Part shown: positions 20,235 through 32,686 of the stretch, one piece after another
Numbering within the stretch: the first letter of the stretch is position 1
Layout: every line of letters begins with the position of its first letter
NCBI GenBank assembly: GCA_963830915.1
Contig: CAWHOE010000008.1
Coordinates: forward strand, 1 to 52,349
Reading direction: 5' to 3'
DNA: 52,349 bases
From: a candidate division FCPU426 bacterium
GTDB lineage: Bacteria; Oederibacteriota; Muellerivitia; Muellerivitales; Muellerivitaceae
The notes under the pieces: model-generated
What the model was told of the DNA's origin: nothing
The model's input: only the letters and a program-made list of their open reading frames with translations
Databases searched by the model: none
Made by a program: the position numbers and the translations under genes

Positions 20235-21660
20235 CTAAACCTGAGTGAGTTCCTTGCCCGCCAGCCTCAGTTTTTCCAGGCCCTCGGGGGTGCGGGCTTC
20301 CATATAACACCGCATCAGGGGCTCGGTGCCGGAAAACCGGACCATAAGCCATTCCCCGCTCTCCAGGATGAACTTCGTCCCGTCCACCCGGATGATCTGG
20401 ACGACCTTCTTCCCGGCCAGTTCCGCCGGCGGGTTATCCTTCAATTTGGCGGTCATGACCTCTTTGACCCCGTCCTTCAGCTTGAGGTTCAATCGGTCCG
20501 AATAAAAAGCGCCATACTGCTGGTGCAGTCCCTTCAACACCGCCGAGAGGGTCTTGCCTTCCGAGGCGACCACTTCGGCCATCAGCAGGTTGGCCAGGAT
20601 GCCGTCCTTCTCGGGGACATGCCCGTGGACGGTCAAGCCCCCGGACTCTTCCCCTCCGATGATGATGGGCCGCTTCACCATGATCTCGGCGATATATTTG
20701 AAACCGACCGCGGTTTCCACCAGCTCCACTCCGTGGGCTTTCGCGATGGCGTCCATCAGGTTGGTGGTGGCCACCGTCTTGACCACGCATCCCTTCCAAT
20801 CGCGGGTCTTCAAGAGGTGCTCGAAAAGGATGGGCAGGACCTGGTTGGGGGTGATGAAGGTCCCGTCCGCGTCGATGACCCCGAAACGGTCGGCGTCGCC
20901 GTCATTGGCCAGGCCCATATGGGCCGGCAAGGTCCTCACCAGTTGGATGGCTTCCTGCAGTTCTTCCGCTCCCGGCTCCGGATGGTGTCCGCCGAAAAAG
21001 GGATCCCGGGTGTTATGCAGGACCTTCGAGGTTGACCCCCGCTTCCTGCAGCAGGGTATCCAGGTAGCCCAGTCCGTTGCCGTTCATCAGGTCCACCACG
21101 ATCTTCATGCGGGCCTTTTTGAGCACATCGAATCGGACCAATTCCCGGACCCTTTTGAAATATTCCGGTTTGGGGTCGATCTGGGCGACCAAGCCTTTTT
21201 CCTCGGCCTTGGCATAGGCAAGCTCGGGGACCTTCCCGCCCTTGGCGGCGATGGATTCGGCCAAGGCCTCCAACGAGAGCGTCACTTGGACCGGAGCCGG
21301 TCCCCCGTCCGAGCCGTTGAACTTCAAGCCTTGATAGGTGGCGGGATTGTGGCTGGCGGTGAAATTGATGGAACCCGCCGTATTACGCCGGATCAGTTCA
21401 TAGGAAACGGTCGGGGTCGGCGTGCCCACCGGGCAGATGTAGGACATGATGCCGTGACCCGCCAGGACCTGGGCGGTCAGCTGGATGAACTCTTCCGACA
21501 GGAATCGATAATCCCCCGCGATGACCAAGCCCTTGTTGGCTTCCCCGGTCTGCTGGAGATGTTGGGCGATAGCCGCCACCGCGACGCGGACATTGGCGAA
21601 GGTGAAATCGTCCGCCAGGATGGCCCGCCAGCCCGAAGTACCGAATGTGATCTTAGCCAC
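20235..21660 (-). CDS. Phosphoglucomutase/phosphomannomutase family protein; frameshift near 21020
   Basis: ITFGTSGWRA, TASHNP, NDGDADRFG, IGGEESGG, VRFSGTEP split over two ORFs. Confidence 0.92.
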
Positions 21661-21787
21661 GGTCGTTTGTCCTTAGGGTGAATGAATGGGAAGCGGAGAA
21701 AGTTTACGGAAAAAAATTGTGGGGCGCAACGTTTTTAGTTTTGGCTTTAGCGAGAAATCGTTGGATTTGTTAACTTGGTTTGGTTGT

Positions 21788-24290
21788 CTACGACTGCCAC
21801 TTTTTGATCTTATCCACGTACGAACTCACCAGGTCCTGGGCCTTTTTCTCGCTCTCCGCCTCGGCGGTCACGTGGAAAAGGGCCATATCCACGTCCGGCA
21901 GGATCATGACCGACGACCCGTTCTTGCTGATCTTCACCCCGTCGATCAATTCCCGGTTCTCGTTCTCCGTGTCCTCGATCAGGTGCCTCATGATGGTCCC
22001 CTTCAATTCCCAGGAACAGGGGACCTTTTGGGTGACCTGGATCTTCTTGGGGAAATCCTTGAGATAGGTGGAGATGGACTTGCCCTCCAGGGCGATGAAT
22101 TCCATCAATTTGGCCGTGGACATCATGGCGTCCATGAAAGGCGCGAACTTCGTGAAGATGAACCCGCCGTCCGGCTCGCCCACCAGGGCCACGTCCGGCT
22201 GGGTGGCGGCTTCCATGAGGGAATAGTAATTGGTCCGGGTGCGCGAGACCTGCCCGCCGTGGGTCTTGGCCAGGTCGTCCAGGATCTGGGAGCCCGTGAC
22301 CGGGACGACCGTCTTGGCGCCCTTCTGGCGAAGGTAGGCGTAAAGGGAGAAAAGCGCCAACAGCTCCGTCCCCGCCAGCAAGTGGCCCTTCTCGTCCACC
22401 ACGAATATTTTTTCCGCGCCCGCGTCGAACAACACCCCGAAATCCGCGCGCAGGGTCGGGACGATGTCGGCTAACTGTTTCAGCGCCGCCTGGAATTCCT
22501 CGGGGGTCTTGGTCAATTTGGTCTCGTCCATGTAGGCGTTCAGACCGACCACCTCGCAGCCCAGCTTGCCCAACAGCCAGGGGAAAATGGGGGCCGCCGC
22601 GGAGAAGGCGTAATCGATGATGACCTTGGGTTTGTAGGCCGCCACCGCCGCCACGTCCAGTGCGTCCAGGAAACCCTGGTGGTAGAACTCCAGCATCCGG
22701 TGGGGGAACACCAGCTCGCCCGTCTCTTCCATGGTGGCCCGCCTGAAATCCTCCCGGTAGAAAAGGTTCTCGATCCCCTTTTCCTTGCTGGAAGAAAGGG
22801 CCAGGCCCCGGCCGTCGAAGAACTTGATGTCGATGAACTGTTTATCGAAGGGACTCTTGCGGGTATGCAGGCCGCCCGCGTCGGAAAGTTTGGGGACCGC
22901 GTAGCGCGCCACCGAGATGGGCATTTCCTGGAGGTCGTGCACATTGACGCCCGAGGACAGGATGCCCGAGATGAGGGCGCGGTTGATCATGCGGCTGGTC
23001 TTGTGGATGTCCCGGGCGGTCAGGACGGTGGAACCCTTGGGGAGGGACGCCCCGTAAGCCGCCCCCAGCTTGCTGGCGAATTCGGGCGTGATGTCGATGC
23101 CCGCCATGCCGGTGACCCCGTGCTGCCCGAAGATGGACCTGGCCCACTTGTCGCCCCAGACCAGCGAGGTGGAAAGCTGGGCCCCGTCCTCCACGACCTT
23201 GTTGGGCCAGACCTTGACGCCCGCCTTCACGACCGAATCCTTCCCGAGAGTGCAGTTATCCGAGACGATGGCGCCCTCGAAGATGTTGGCCTTCTCCTGG
23301 ACGTCCGTTCCCGAGGCGATGACGCATTCCCGGGCCTGGGCCTCGGCCCCGATGGAAACGTTGCGCCACAGGATGGCGTTGGTCAGGACCGCCCCCTCCT
23401 CCACCTGGCACCCGTCCCCCAGGACCGAATTGGTGACCTTGGCGTTCTTGCCGATGTTGCAGTTCTTCCCCACCACGATGGTCCCGGTCAATTGGGCGGA
23501 GGGATCGATGTTGGACTTCTCGCCCGCCCAGAATCTCCTTGCCGATCCGGTTCAAGCGGGAACCCTGGATGCGCACATCCACCTTGCCCCCGAAGATGTC
23601 CTGATGGGCTAAACGGTATTGGTCCAGGTTGCCGATATCGGCCCAGTAGCCCTGGGCGACATAACCGAAAAGGGGCATGCCCTCCTTCAACATCCGGGGA
23701 AAGAGGTTCTTGGAGAAATCGAATTCTTCTTTCTCGGGGATCAGGTCCAATACTTCCGGCTCCAGGATGTAGATGCCCGTATTGACCGTGTCGGAAAAAA
23801 CCTCGCCCCAGGTGGGCTTTTCCAGGAACCGCTGGATCTTGCCGTCCTTGCCCGTGATGACCACCCCGAAGGCCAGGGGGTTCTCCACCCGGGTCAGGAC
23901 CATGGTGGCTTTCGCCTTGTTCTGCTCGTGGAATTGGATGGCGGCGGACAGGTCGAAGTCGGTCAGGACGTCGCCCGAGATGACGAGGAATCTTTCTTTA
24001 TTGATGAGGGATTGGCAATTCTTCACCGACCCGGCGGTGCCCAGGTCGCTTTCGGCGGCTTTGTACTGCATCTGCACCCCGAACTCGGCCCCGTCCCGGA
24101 AATACTCGGTGATGACCTCCGACTGGTAGAAGACCACGCTGATCAAGTCGGTGAGCTTATGTTTCTTGAGCAATTCCACGATGATCTCAAGGATAGGACG
24201 GTTCACCATGGGGATCATGGGCTTGGGAAGGTTGATGGTGAGGGGTCGCATGCGGGTTCCGAACCCGCCGGCCATGATGACGGCTTTCAT
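21788..24290 (-). CDS. Mannose-1-phosphate guanylyltransferase with hexapeptide repeats and degenerate phosphomannomutase domains; frameshift near 23520
   Basis: MKAVIMAGGFGTRMRPLT..LPKPM, LGTAGSV, FLEKP, VNTGIY, GYWADIG; second ORF has left-handed beta-helix, VKVWPNK, IFGQHGVTG and PMM-like C-terminus. Confidence 0.9.
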
Positions 24291-24550
24291 ATTGAGAGCT
24301 TCGCCTTTCGATGCTTACTCATAACGGAATAAAATTTATTTTAGCTTATTTTAACGCCAAAATATAACAAATCCGCTCATTCCAGGACCCCGTCTTACTC
24401 CTCAAAGTTGTCGAGATGGCATCTTCAATGGAAAGAAATAGTAAAAAGTTGCCTTGCATTTTCCTTGTTAAAAACCCATTTTAAGTACCTCGCGGTTACA
24501 GTGATCGACCGATCCGATATTGGACCATCCCCCTGAAGGAGCCATTGCCC

Positions 24551-25909
24551 ATGAGTTTCACCGAACAGGATGTCTTGAACGCCCTGAAGGCCATCAAGGA
24601 CCCGGACCTGCGCCAGGACATCGTCTCCCTGGGTTTCGTCAAGAACATGGCCCTATCATCCGGCAATGTCAGTTTTGAGATCGAGTTGACCACCCCGGCC
24701 TGCCCGGTCAAGGACCAGTTCAAGACCCAGGCGGTGGAAGCGGTGGGCAAGATCCCGGGAGTGACCCAGGTGGAGGTCAAGATGACCTCCAATGTCCGCC
24801 AGGCCCCGACGGGCATCAAGAACCTCAACATGCCCTCGGTGAGGAACCTGGTGGCCGTGGCCTCAGGCAAGGGCGGGGTGGGCAAAAGCACCGTATCCGC
24901 CAACCTGGCCCTGGCCCTGGCCAAGACCGGCGCCTCGGTCGGCCTCATGGACGCCGACGTTTACGGTCCTTCCATCCCCCGCATGCTGGGCGTCCAGGGC
25001 CGTCAGCCCGAGACCCATCCCCTCACCAAAAAGATGATCCCCTTCGAGAAACACGGGATCAAATTCATGTCCGTCGGGATGCTCCAGCAGGAAAGCGACA
25101 CCGCCCTCATCTGGCGGGGCCCCATGGCCAGCAAGCTGGTCCAGCAGTTCCTCGGGGGCGTGGAGTGGGGCGAGCTGGATTATCTTTTGATCGACCTGCC
25201 TCCCGGCACGGGGGACATCCAACTCACCCTGACCCAATCGGTGCCCCTGGCGGGGGCCGTGCTGGTGACCACTCCCCAGGATGTGGCCCGTACCATCACC
25301 CAGAAGGGCTTGCGGATGTTCCAGCAGGTCCAGGTCCCCATCATCGGCATCGTGGAGAACATGAGCGGTTTCGTGTGCGGCCATTGCGGGGAGGTGACTT
25401 CCATATTCAAGAAGGGCGGGGGCCGGAAGATGGCCGAGGAACTGGCCGTTCCTTTCCTGGGCGAGATACCCCTCGAACCCCTGGTCGCCGAGGACGGGGA
25501 CTCCGGCGTTCCCACCGTGGCCGCCCATCCCGATTCCCTATCGGCCAAGGCTTATGATTTGATCGCCCAGCAGATGGCTTCCCAGCTTTCCATCATCAAC
25601 GCGGCCACCGTCAAGGTGACCAGCCGGCCGAAGGAAGTGGATACCAATGACGAGAAGGTCACGGTCATCACCTGGGACGATGACAAGGTAACCCGGTACC
25701 CCAACCGTTATTTGAGGAGCATGTGCCCCTGCGCGTCTTGCGTCAACGAGGTCACGGGCGAGCGGATGATCAACCTGGAAACCATCGACCCGGGCGTCCA
25801 CATCACCGGGGTGGACCCGGTGGGCCGGTACGCCCTGCGTTTCCAATGGTCCGATGGCCATGGCACGGGGCTCTATTCGTTCGATACTCTTCGGACCTTG
25901 GGGGAATGA
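24551..25909 (+). CDS. apbC: Mrp/ApbC Fe-S cluster carrier ATPase with N-terminal DUF59 and C-terminal DUF971 domain
   Basis: IKDPDL..DIVSLG, LTTPACP, ASGKGGVGKST, WRGPM, DLPPGTGD, CGHCG; tail LRSMCPCASC...VGRYAL...WSDGHGTGLYSF. Confidence 0.92.
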   Translation: MSFTEQDVLNALKAIKDPDLRQDIVSLGFVKNMALSSGNVSFEIELTTPACPVKDQFKTQAVEAVGKIPGVTQVEVKMTSNVRQAPTGIKNLNMPSVRNLVAVASGKGGVGKSTVSANLALALAKTGASVGLMDADVYGPSIPRMLGVQGRQPETHPLTKKMIPFEKHGIKFMSVGMLQQESDTALIWRGPMASKLVQQFLGGVEWGELDYLLIDLPPGTGDIQLTLTQSVPLAGAVLVTTPQDVARTITQKGLRMFQQVQVPIIGIVENMSGFVCGHCGEVTSIFKKGGGRKMAEELAVPFLGEIPLEPLVAEDGDSGVPTVAAHPDSLSAKAYDLIAQQMASQLSIINAATVKVTSRPKEVDTNDEKVTVITWDDDKVTRYPNRYLRSMCPCASCVNEVTGERMINLETIDPGVHITGVDPVGRYALRFQWSDGHGTGLYSFDTLRTLGE

Positions 25910-25933
25910 CCCAAGTTATTTGATCAGGATTTT

Positions 25934-27722
25934 TTATCGAGAAACGGCCGAGACCTTCTGAAGGAATTCCGAGGTAAGCAGGAACCCCACCGCGCGCAGT
26001 TCCTTTTTCTCATGCCCATCCGGGCCGATGAATAGGAACGTGGGCACTCCCATGATCCCGTAGGTCTTCTTCAAGGCCTCCACCGGCGGGGAGGAATACT
26101 GGGTCAGGTCCGCCTTCAATAACACCCAATTTTTCAAGGCTTCATGGACCTTCGGGTCGGAAAAGGTCTTCAACTCCATCTCCCGGCAGGGCAGACACCA
26201 ACTGGCCGTGAAATCGATCAGGACCGGTTGGTTCCCTTTTTGGGCCTGCTGTAGAAGGGCGGGATCATAAGCCTGGAACGGCAGTTCCAAGACCTGGGGC
26301 CAGTTCCGATAGACCATCAGTCCCAGGATGACCAGCAGGACCCCGAAAAGATGTTGGAATCTCTTGAACCCCTGGTTCACTCCCGCGCCAGAAAATACCC
26401 AGCCCAGGAGCAACCCGCAGCAAACCAAATAGCCGGGGACCAGGAAGTGGCTGTAGCCCTTGGGCAAAAGCGGATTGAGGAAATAAAGCGGCATCCCCAG
26501 CAGGATCATCCCGAAAACTTTTTTCACCCAGACCATCCACATCCCCGACTTGGGCAGGCGTTGGAGCTCGGTGGAAAAGAAACCCAGCCAAAGATACGGG
26601 AACCCCAGGCCCAGGGAGAGGGTGAAGAATAGGATGAAGCCAAGATATGGGTTCGCCTTGGCCGCCACGAAGGTAAGTAGTCCGATGGAGAAGGGGTCCA
26701 CGCAGGGCGCGGCCACGATGCCGAAGTACCAGTCCCATCCCCAAAGCCCCGATCCAGCCTTGGGTGTTCCCCGCCGCCACCTTGTTCAAAAGCCAGGAGG
26801 GCGCCTGGATTCCGTAAAGCCCGAACATGGAAAGGGACAGGATGACCAGAAGCAGGGAGATGCCGCCAAGCACCCAGGGCGACTGCAGGGTGGAACCCAG
26901 GATGCGGCCCGTCAAAGCCGCCGTCACTCCCAAGGACGAATAGGTGACCGAGATGCCGACCACATAGGCCAATGCCCGGCCCAGGACGACCAGGGGTTTT
27001 TCCGCGCGCTGGGTCCCGAAGTAGGAGACCGTGATGGGGATCATGGGATAGACGCAAGGGGTCAGGTTCAGGGCCAGCCCTCCCAGGAAGACCAAGAGGA
27101 AGGTGAGCAGGACGCCCTTTTCCTGGAACAGCCGCACGATGATATTGTCCGAAGGCAAGGCAGGCGGCCCGCCGGCCGCCGCGGGAGTGAACATCTCCGC
27201 GTTCACCGGTCGGGGTGTTTCCCCAACCGCCGCCAGATGAACCCTGACCGTTACGGGAACTTCGGACGGCCTCAAGCAGAATTGGTCGTTGCAGGCCTGG
27301 ACCTTGAGGACCAACCCCTCATCCAGGATCATGGGCTTGGGCGCCCCCCTCAGGCGGACCGGGATGATCACTCGAGCCTCATTCTCATAGACCGGGAAAG
27401 GTTTGGTTTCCCCGCCCAGGGTCTTTAAATTCCCGGCGGGATATTGGATGGGACCGGCTAACTCGAGGTTTGTGAACTTGGCCAGGGAAACGTCCAAGGG
27501 AATGAAACCTTCCGGAAGGCCGTCCCGGCCGTTGATGTGCCATCCGTCCTTGATCTTGATCTGGACCGCGATCTGGAAATCCCCATGCCAGGGGATGGGC
27601 TCCAGGGAAGGGTAAGCTTGAGCCGAGACAATATCCGCGCTGGAGGAAGGGACCCCATCCTGGGCCCAGGCCGTTCCCAGGGCCAGGACCGACCAAGCGA
27701 TCAATAGAACCGTTCGAAACAT
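25934..27722 (-). CDS. dsbD: Thiol:disulfide interchange protein DsbD; frameshift near 26730
   Basis: N-domain GWHIN..QACNDQFC, TM domain LNLTPCVYPMIP and AAPCVDP, LPKSGMWM, thioredoxin DFTASWCLPC. Confidence 0.9.
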
Positions 27723-27764
27723 GGCGCTTCCTCCGCTTCTATATATAACGCCCAACCACCCAAT

Positions 27765-27808
27765 AAAAAAGCCCCGCCGATAGGTTTCTAGCCTATCAAC
27801 GGGGCTTT
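27765..27808 (-). terminator. Intrinsic terminator after the LacI gene
   Basis: gccccg..gatagg-loop-cctatc..cggggc stem with T run on the minus strand. Confidence 0.8.
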
Positions 27809-27837
27809 AGGTCGAACATTCGAAGCCCTTCAAAAAC

Positions 27838-28854
27838 TCAATGGAGCTGGCCTGTCGAGTCCCTTTCGATCAATTCAGGCTGTAAGGTCGTAGCCCTATG
27901 TTCCAAGGTCTCTTCCGTGATGATCTGGAACATCTTGCGAGCTGCCACTTTGCCCATTTCATAGGCCGAGAAAGCCACGGTGGTCAGGCCCGGCTTGTGA
28001 TATCCCGCTTCCTCCATGTTGTCGAACCCGACGACCGAGATGTTCTCCGGCACCATCAATCCCTGGGCCTTCAGGGCCCGGATGGCGCCCATCGCCATTA
28101 GGTCATTGGCGCAAAGGAAGGCGGTGGGTTTTCGGACCGCTTTCATGATCTTTTCACAGGCCCGAAATCCGCCTTCTTCCTCGAAATCCCCCTCGCCGAC
28201 CCAGTCCTGCTCGAAATCCATGTGATGGCGCGCCAGAAGTTCCTGGTACGCCTGGTAGCGCTCGATGGCGTTGGTGGTGGTCATCCGCCCGTTGATGATG
28301 GCGATCCTCTCATGGCCCAGGCCCTTCAGGTGCTGGATGGCCAGCTCCACGCCGCCCCGGTTGTCGAAACCGACGTAAGGCAGGTTTTCCTGGATGGTGA
28401 TCTTTCCGTTGATGAGCACGAAGGGAACGTTGGACTCGGCCAACTCGCGGATGGAAACGTCGGTGGACCAGGCGTTCAGGACGAACATGCCGTCCACGCT
28501 TCCGTCCCCCAGCAGGGCCCGGTAGGAAAGCTGGGCGCGGGCGGTCTCGTTCAAGGGGTGCAGCAGAAGGCGGTATTGTTTTTCCGCGGCGATCTCCTCG
28601 ATGCCTTCCATGATGTTGGTGAAAAAGGGACTGCGGAAGATGGCGGTGTGGTGGGGGGCGATCACCCCGCAGATGCGGGAATGTTTCTGACGCAGGCGGC
28701 GGGCGTGGGCCTGGGGTTTGTAATGCAGGTCATCGATGGCCCCCTGGACCCGGACGCGGCATTTATCGCTGACCCATTTTTTATTGTTGAGGACCCTGGA
28801 AACGGTGCCAATGGTCACTCCCGCTCTCACCGCGACATCCTTGATCGTTGCCAC
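27838..28854 (-). CDS. LacI-family transcriptional regulator
   Basis: ATIKDVAVRAGVTIGTVSRVLN HTH, NDLMAMGA, VPENISVVGFD; GTG start after AGGAG. Confidence 0.95.
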   Translation of the reverse strand: MATIKDVAVRAGVTIGTVSRVLNNKKWVSDKCRVRVQGAIDDLHYKPQAHARRLRQKHSRICGVIAPHHTAIFRSPFFTNIMEGIEEIAAEKQYRLLLHPLNETARAQLSYRALLGDGSVDGMFVLNAWSTDVSIRELAESNVPFVLINGKITIQENLPYVGFDNRGGVELAIQHLKGLGHERIAIINGRMTTTNAIERYQAYQELLARHHMDFEQDWVGEGDFEEEGGFRACEKIMKAVRKPTAFLCANDLMAMGAIRALKAQGLMVPENISVVGFDNMEEAGYHKPGLTTVAFSAYEMGKVAARKMFQIITEETLEHRATTLQPELIERDSTGQLH

Positions 28855-29172
28855 CTTGCGACTCCTGTTGGTAGGGTTTGTTGCTAGCCTGAACGAAATG
28901 GCGAACAACTAAAAGGCACTTTTAAAATCGCTTTTTTACTTCCGGTCAAATCAAAAAATATTTTCTCTGTGCCTCTGTGCCTCCGTGGTGAATTATTAGA
29001 TGTTCCCTAAAATCGTTCCGTGTTGATTTCGAGGAGCATTCTAAATATCCCTCTTGGAAATAGCCAGCGGGAAGCCGTCCGTTCAGAAGATGTTTAAAAA
29101 AATTCTTCACGGTTGTCAGAATTTTTAAAACGATTTTTGGAAAATGTTACAGGGGTTTAATCTTAAAGCAGG

Positions 29173-30168
29173 TCACCTTTTAGGCAGAAGGCGCATTACC
29201 AATTCTTTACCTGAAAAGTTGAACCGGTACAAACCCGTGTCATCGGGGGTCAGGACTTTCCCCCCTTGGGACAACTCCACGGCAGGGACCGATCCATCCT
29301 GATTCGGCTTGATCCTCAGGCAAAGAACGACCTGGGTGGGGAAATTTTCCGGGATCTTCCAACCCCATGTTCTCTGGCCGCCGGCCGTGTTCACCTGGCA
29401 GGCCTCGAAAATCTTTTCGGCGCGGAAATAGGAGCCGACTCCCAGGAAAGTTTCCACCCAGATATCCTTGGATTGAAGGTAATCCAGGATCGCCTCGAAA
29501 TTTTGTTTCGTGATGGGCTCCCAGCCCCAAGGTGTTCCCTCCAGGCCATGGATCATGAAAACCAACCAGGCGTTGTCCTTCAGGTCCTGGTCGATCCAAT
29601 CACGATAAGTGGAAAAAGGGGTGGCGGACAAGGTGGCGCGCGAGGGGATATTCAGCCAATCCGGCTCCGAGGAGGGCTTCATGTCATAGTTCCCATAGCC
29701 TCCCCGGGCCAGCAGGTGTCCCTTCCCTACCCACGCCTTGAGGGTCGGCGTGATCTCCGTGTAGGGATAAGCGAAAGTGCGGATGGGAACGCCGAATTCT
29801 TTTTGCAGGACATTCTGCGCGCCCATCACCTGGGCTTCCTCGTCCCGGGGCGTCAACTCATTGGCGTGCTTATGGTCGAGCGTGTGGTTCCCCAATTCAT
29901 GCCCCTGGGTCAGGGCCTGGCGCCACTCATCCTTGCGGTCGGTCCGGTTGGCGATCAGGTAAAAGGTGCCGCGCATCTTGCGTTGATTCAGTTCGGGGAT
30001 GGCCAAATCCAGGTGGGAAGGGTCGCTGTCGTCGAAGGTCAGGGACACGGCGGCCTTGTGGCCGTTCCAGGGAATTATCTGGACATCGGGCAAGGGTAAG
30101 GCGGCGCCCAGGACCCAGCACGCGGTCCCCCATACAAACATCATTCCTGTCAGCGTCTTTTTGAGCAT
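29173..30168 (-). CDS. Secreted polysaccharide deacetylase (CE4/NodB fold)
   Basis: AAVSLTFDD, GHELGNHTLDH, TFAYPY motifs; signal peptide. Confidence 0.88.
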   Translation of the reverse strand: MLKKTLTGMMFVWGTACWVLGAALPLPDVQIIPWNGHKAAVSLTFDDSDPSHLDLAIPELNQRKMRGTFYLIANRTDRKDEWRQALTQGHELGNHTLDHKHANELTPRDEEAQVMGAQNVLQKEFGVPIRTFAYPYTEITPTLKAWVGKGHLLARGGYGNYDMKPSSEPDWLNIPSRATLSATPFSTYRDWIDQDLKDNAWLVFMIHGLEGTPWGWEPITKQNFEAILDYLQSKDIWVETFLGVGSYFRAEKIFEACQVNTAGGQRTWGWKIPENFPTQVVLCLRIKPNQDGSVPAVELSQGGKVLTPDDTGLYRFNFSGKELVMRLLPKR

Positions 30169-30188
30169 CGTCATTCCTTGAAAAGGGC

Positions 30189-30237
30189 AAAAAAACAGCC
30201 CTGTCATGGGACTCATTAAACACCCAGGACAGGGCTG
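30189..30237 (-). terminator. Intrinsic terminator after glnK
   Basis: cagccctgtc...gacagggctg stem followed by T7 on the minus strand. Confidence 0.8.
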
Positions 30238-30253
30238 AAACCGCTAAAAATTC

Positions 30254-30592
30254 TTACCGGAGGGCTTTATCCCCCGACTCGCCCGTCCTGGTCCGGATCG
30301 CGTTCATGACGGGGGAGATGAATATCTTCCCGTCGCCGATCTCGCCCGTGCGGGTGGTCGTGATGATGATCTTCACCACCTTGGGGACTTCCTTGTCGGT
30401 CACCACCGTGGTGACTAAAAGTTTAGGGAGCAGGCCTTCCACGCTCTGGCCCCTATAATTCTCGGTCACGCCCTTTTGTTTGCCATGCCCGTGCACGTCC
30501 GTCACGGTCACGCCGGAATAACCGACCGCCTTGAGCCCGTCCAGGACGGACCTCAGGGCGCTGGGGCGGATGATGGCTTCTATTTTCTTCAT
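30254..30592 (-). CDS. glnK: P-II nitrogen regulatory protein (copy 2)
   Basis: [34 protein letters not shown]; adjacent to amt. Confidence 0.95.
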   Translation of the reverse strand: MKKIEAIIRPSALRSVLDGLKAVGYSGVTVTDVHGHGKQKGVTENYRGQSVEGLLPKLLVTTVVTDKEVPKVVKIIITTTRTGEIGDGKIFISPVMNAIRTRTGESGDKALR

Positions 30593-30634
30593 ACAGTTGC
30601 CTCCTTCAGATTTGGATCATTGGTTCATCCAGGA

Positions 30635-31987
30635 TCAACGGCCGCCGTAACCTTCCTCTCCATGTTGGGAAAGGTCGAGGCCCATGTCTTCTTCTTTCTC
30701 ACTGGCCCGGAAACCGATCGTTTTCTCGACCACGAAAAACAGTATAACCGTGGCGATCAGTGAAAATAAAGCCACCGATAACGCCATTAAGGTCTGGACC
30801 GTGAATTGCCCGGGATTCCCGTATAAAAACCCGGCTTTACCGCCGATCAGGGGATTGGCCCAGATACCGACCGCCAGGGTCCCGAAGAAACCGCCGACCC
30901 CGTGGATGCCGAAAGCGTCGAGGGAGTCGTCATAGTCCATCTTCATCTTGACCAGGATGGCCCCATAGCAAAGAAGGCTGGCGATGACGCCGATGCAGAT
31001 GGCCCCGGTCATGTCCACGAAACCAGCGGCGGGGGTGACCGCCGCCAAACCCGCTATGGCTCCCGAGGCCGCGCCCAAGGCCGTCGGCTTGCCCCGATGA
31101 AGGGCTTCGATGAGGCACCACATCAAGGTCGCGGTCGCGCCCGCCGTGTTGGTCGCCATGAAGGCGGTGCAAGCCTGGGCGTTCGCACCCAGGGCCGACC
31201 CCGCGTTGAACCCAAACCAGCCGAACCACAACAGCCCGGTCCCGGTCAGGACCATGGTCATGTTATGCGGCACCATGGCGAAGGTCCCGTAGCCCTTGCG
31301 CTTGTTGGTCAAGATGGCCAAAGCCAGCGCCGAGAAACCCGCGCTGATGTGAACGACCACGCCTCCGGCGAAATCCAGCCCGCCTTGCTTAGCCCAGAAA
31401 CCCCCGCCCCACACCATATGGGCGATCGGGTCATAGACCAACGCGGCCCAGAGGAGCGAGAAGACGATGAAGCCCTTGAACTTGACCCTCTCGGCGAAAG
31501 CGCCGGTGATCAAGGCCGGGGTGATGATGGCGAACATGGCCTGAAAGAGGATGAAGGCGTAATGGGGAATGGTCGGTGCGCCCGAATTGACCGCGGGAAG
31601 ATTCTTCAACATGGCCCAAGAGAAGCCGCCGAAGAAGTCGTTGCCCGGGGAGAAGGAGGTGGAATAACCCCAGATCACCCATTGGACGCCGATCAAGGCC
31701 ACCAGGAAGAAACTCTGCATGATGGTCGCCAGGACGTTCTTCCGGCGGACCATCCCGCCGTAGAACAGACCCAAGCCAGGGGTCATCAGCATGACCAGGG
31801 CCGCGGAAGCCAGGACCCAGGCCGTGTCGCCAGCGCTGATCGCGGGGGCCGCGGGACTGGCGGGAACCACCGCCGGCGCCGCTTCTTGGGCCATGGCCCA
31901 ACCAGCTCCCAAATAAACCAGGATGCCAGCGCCGACCGCGGATATTTTTCGGAATAAAAACGAAATAAGCGTTTTAGGATATTCCAT
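30635..31987 (-). CDS. amtB: Ammonium transporter (copy 2)
   Basis: LMTPGLGLFYGGMVR, FQAMFAIITPAL, DFAGG.VVH, LWFGWFGFNAGS, DDSLDAFGIHG, GLDLSQHGE. Confidence 0.96.
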   Translation of the reverse strand: MEYPKTLISFLFRKISAVGAGILVYLGAGWAMAQEAAPAVVPASPAAPAISAGDTAWVLASAALVMLMTPGLGLFYGGMVRRKNVLATIMQSFFLVALIGVQWVIWGYSTSFSPGNDFFGGFSWAMLKNLPAVNSGAPTIPHYAFILFQAMFAIITPALITGAFAERVKFKGFIVFSLLWAALVYDPIAHMVWGGGFWAKQGGLDFAGGVVVHISAGFSALALAILTNKRKGYGTFAMVPHNMTMVLTGTGLLWFGWFGFNAGSALGANAQACTAFMATNTAGATATLMWCLIEALHRGKPTALGAASGAIAGLAAVTPAAGFVDMTGAICIGVIASLLCYGAILVKMKMDYDDSLDAFGIHGVGGFFGTLAVGIWANPLIGGKAGFLYGNPGQFTVQTLMALSVALFSLIATVILFFVVEKTIGFRASEKEEDMGLDLSQHGEEGYGGR

Positions 31988-32223
31988 CTCTCTCGTTCTC
32001 CTTTTATACCGGTCTGACCGACCAAAACGTTGAAAGGATAGGCGAGGCACTGGGGGCTGTATATGTTTCAAATCAGACTTTTTTGCCCGCGATTTAGTTT
32101 TGCCGAGTGATTTGTGTGTCGAAATTCTTCTTTTGGGAGGGTTTTTAGAGTTTTTTAAGCGTTTTATAATTTATTAAAGATTCTGTCTTGGCGGGATTAT
32201 TTTCATCTAAATAGTGATCCTTG

Positions 32224-32254
32224 CCGCCGCTTGGAACAACTTTCCAAACGGCGG
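32224..32254. other. Strong hairpin between the two amtB-glnK pairs
   Basis: ccgccgcttggaa-5 nt-ttccaaacggcgg; no clear U tail. Confidence 0.6.
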
Positions 32255-32301
32255 TAGGTGTCGCTTTTACTTTCATCTGAACGAACGAAAACTCGAAAAG
32301 C

Positions 32302-32652
<351 letters not shown>

Positions 32653-32686
32653 TCACGGGTGACCCGTGAAATACTTAGGTTCAAAA

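Noticed and set aside
24551..25909. Mrp-DUF971 fusion as a novelty
   Set aside because: This domain combination is already known in Mrp/NBP35-family proteins
32215..32300. Glutamine (glnA) riboswitch before the second amtB
   Set aside because: CGTTC..GAAAGTA is suggestive, but the closing GAAG..AACG half is missing
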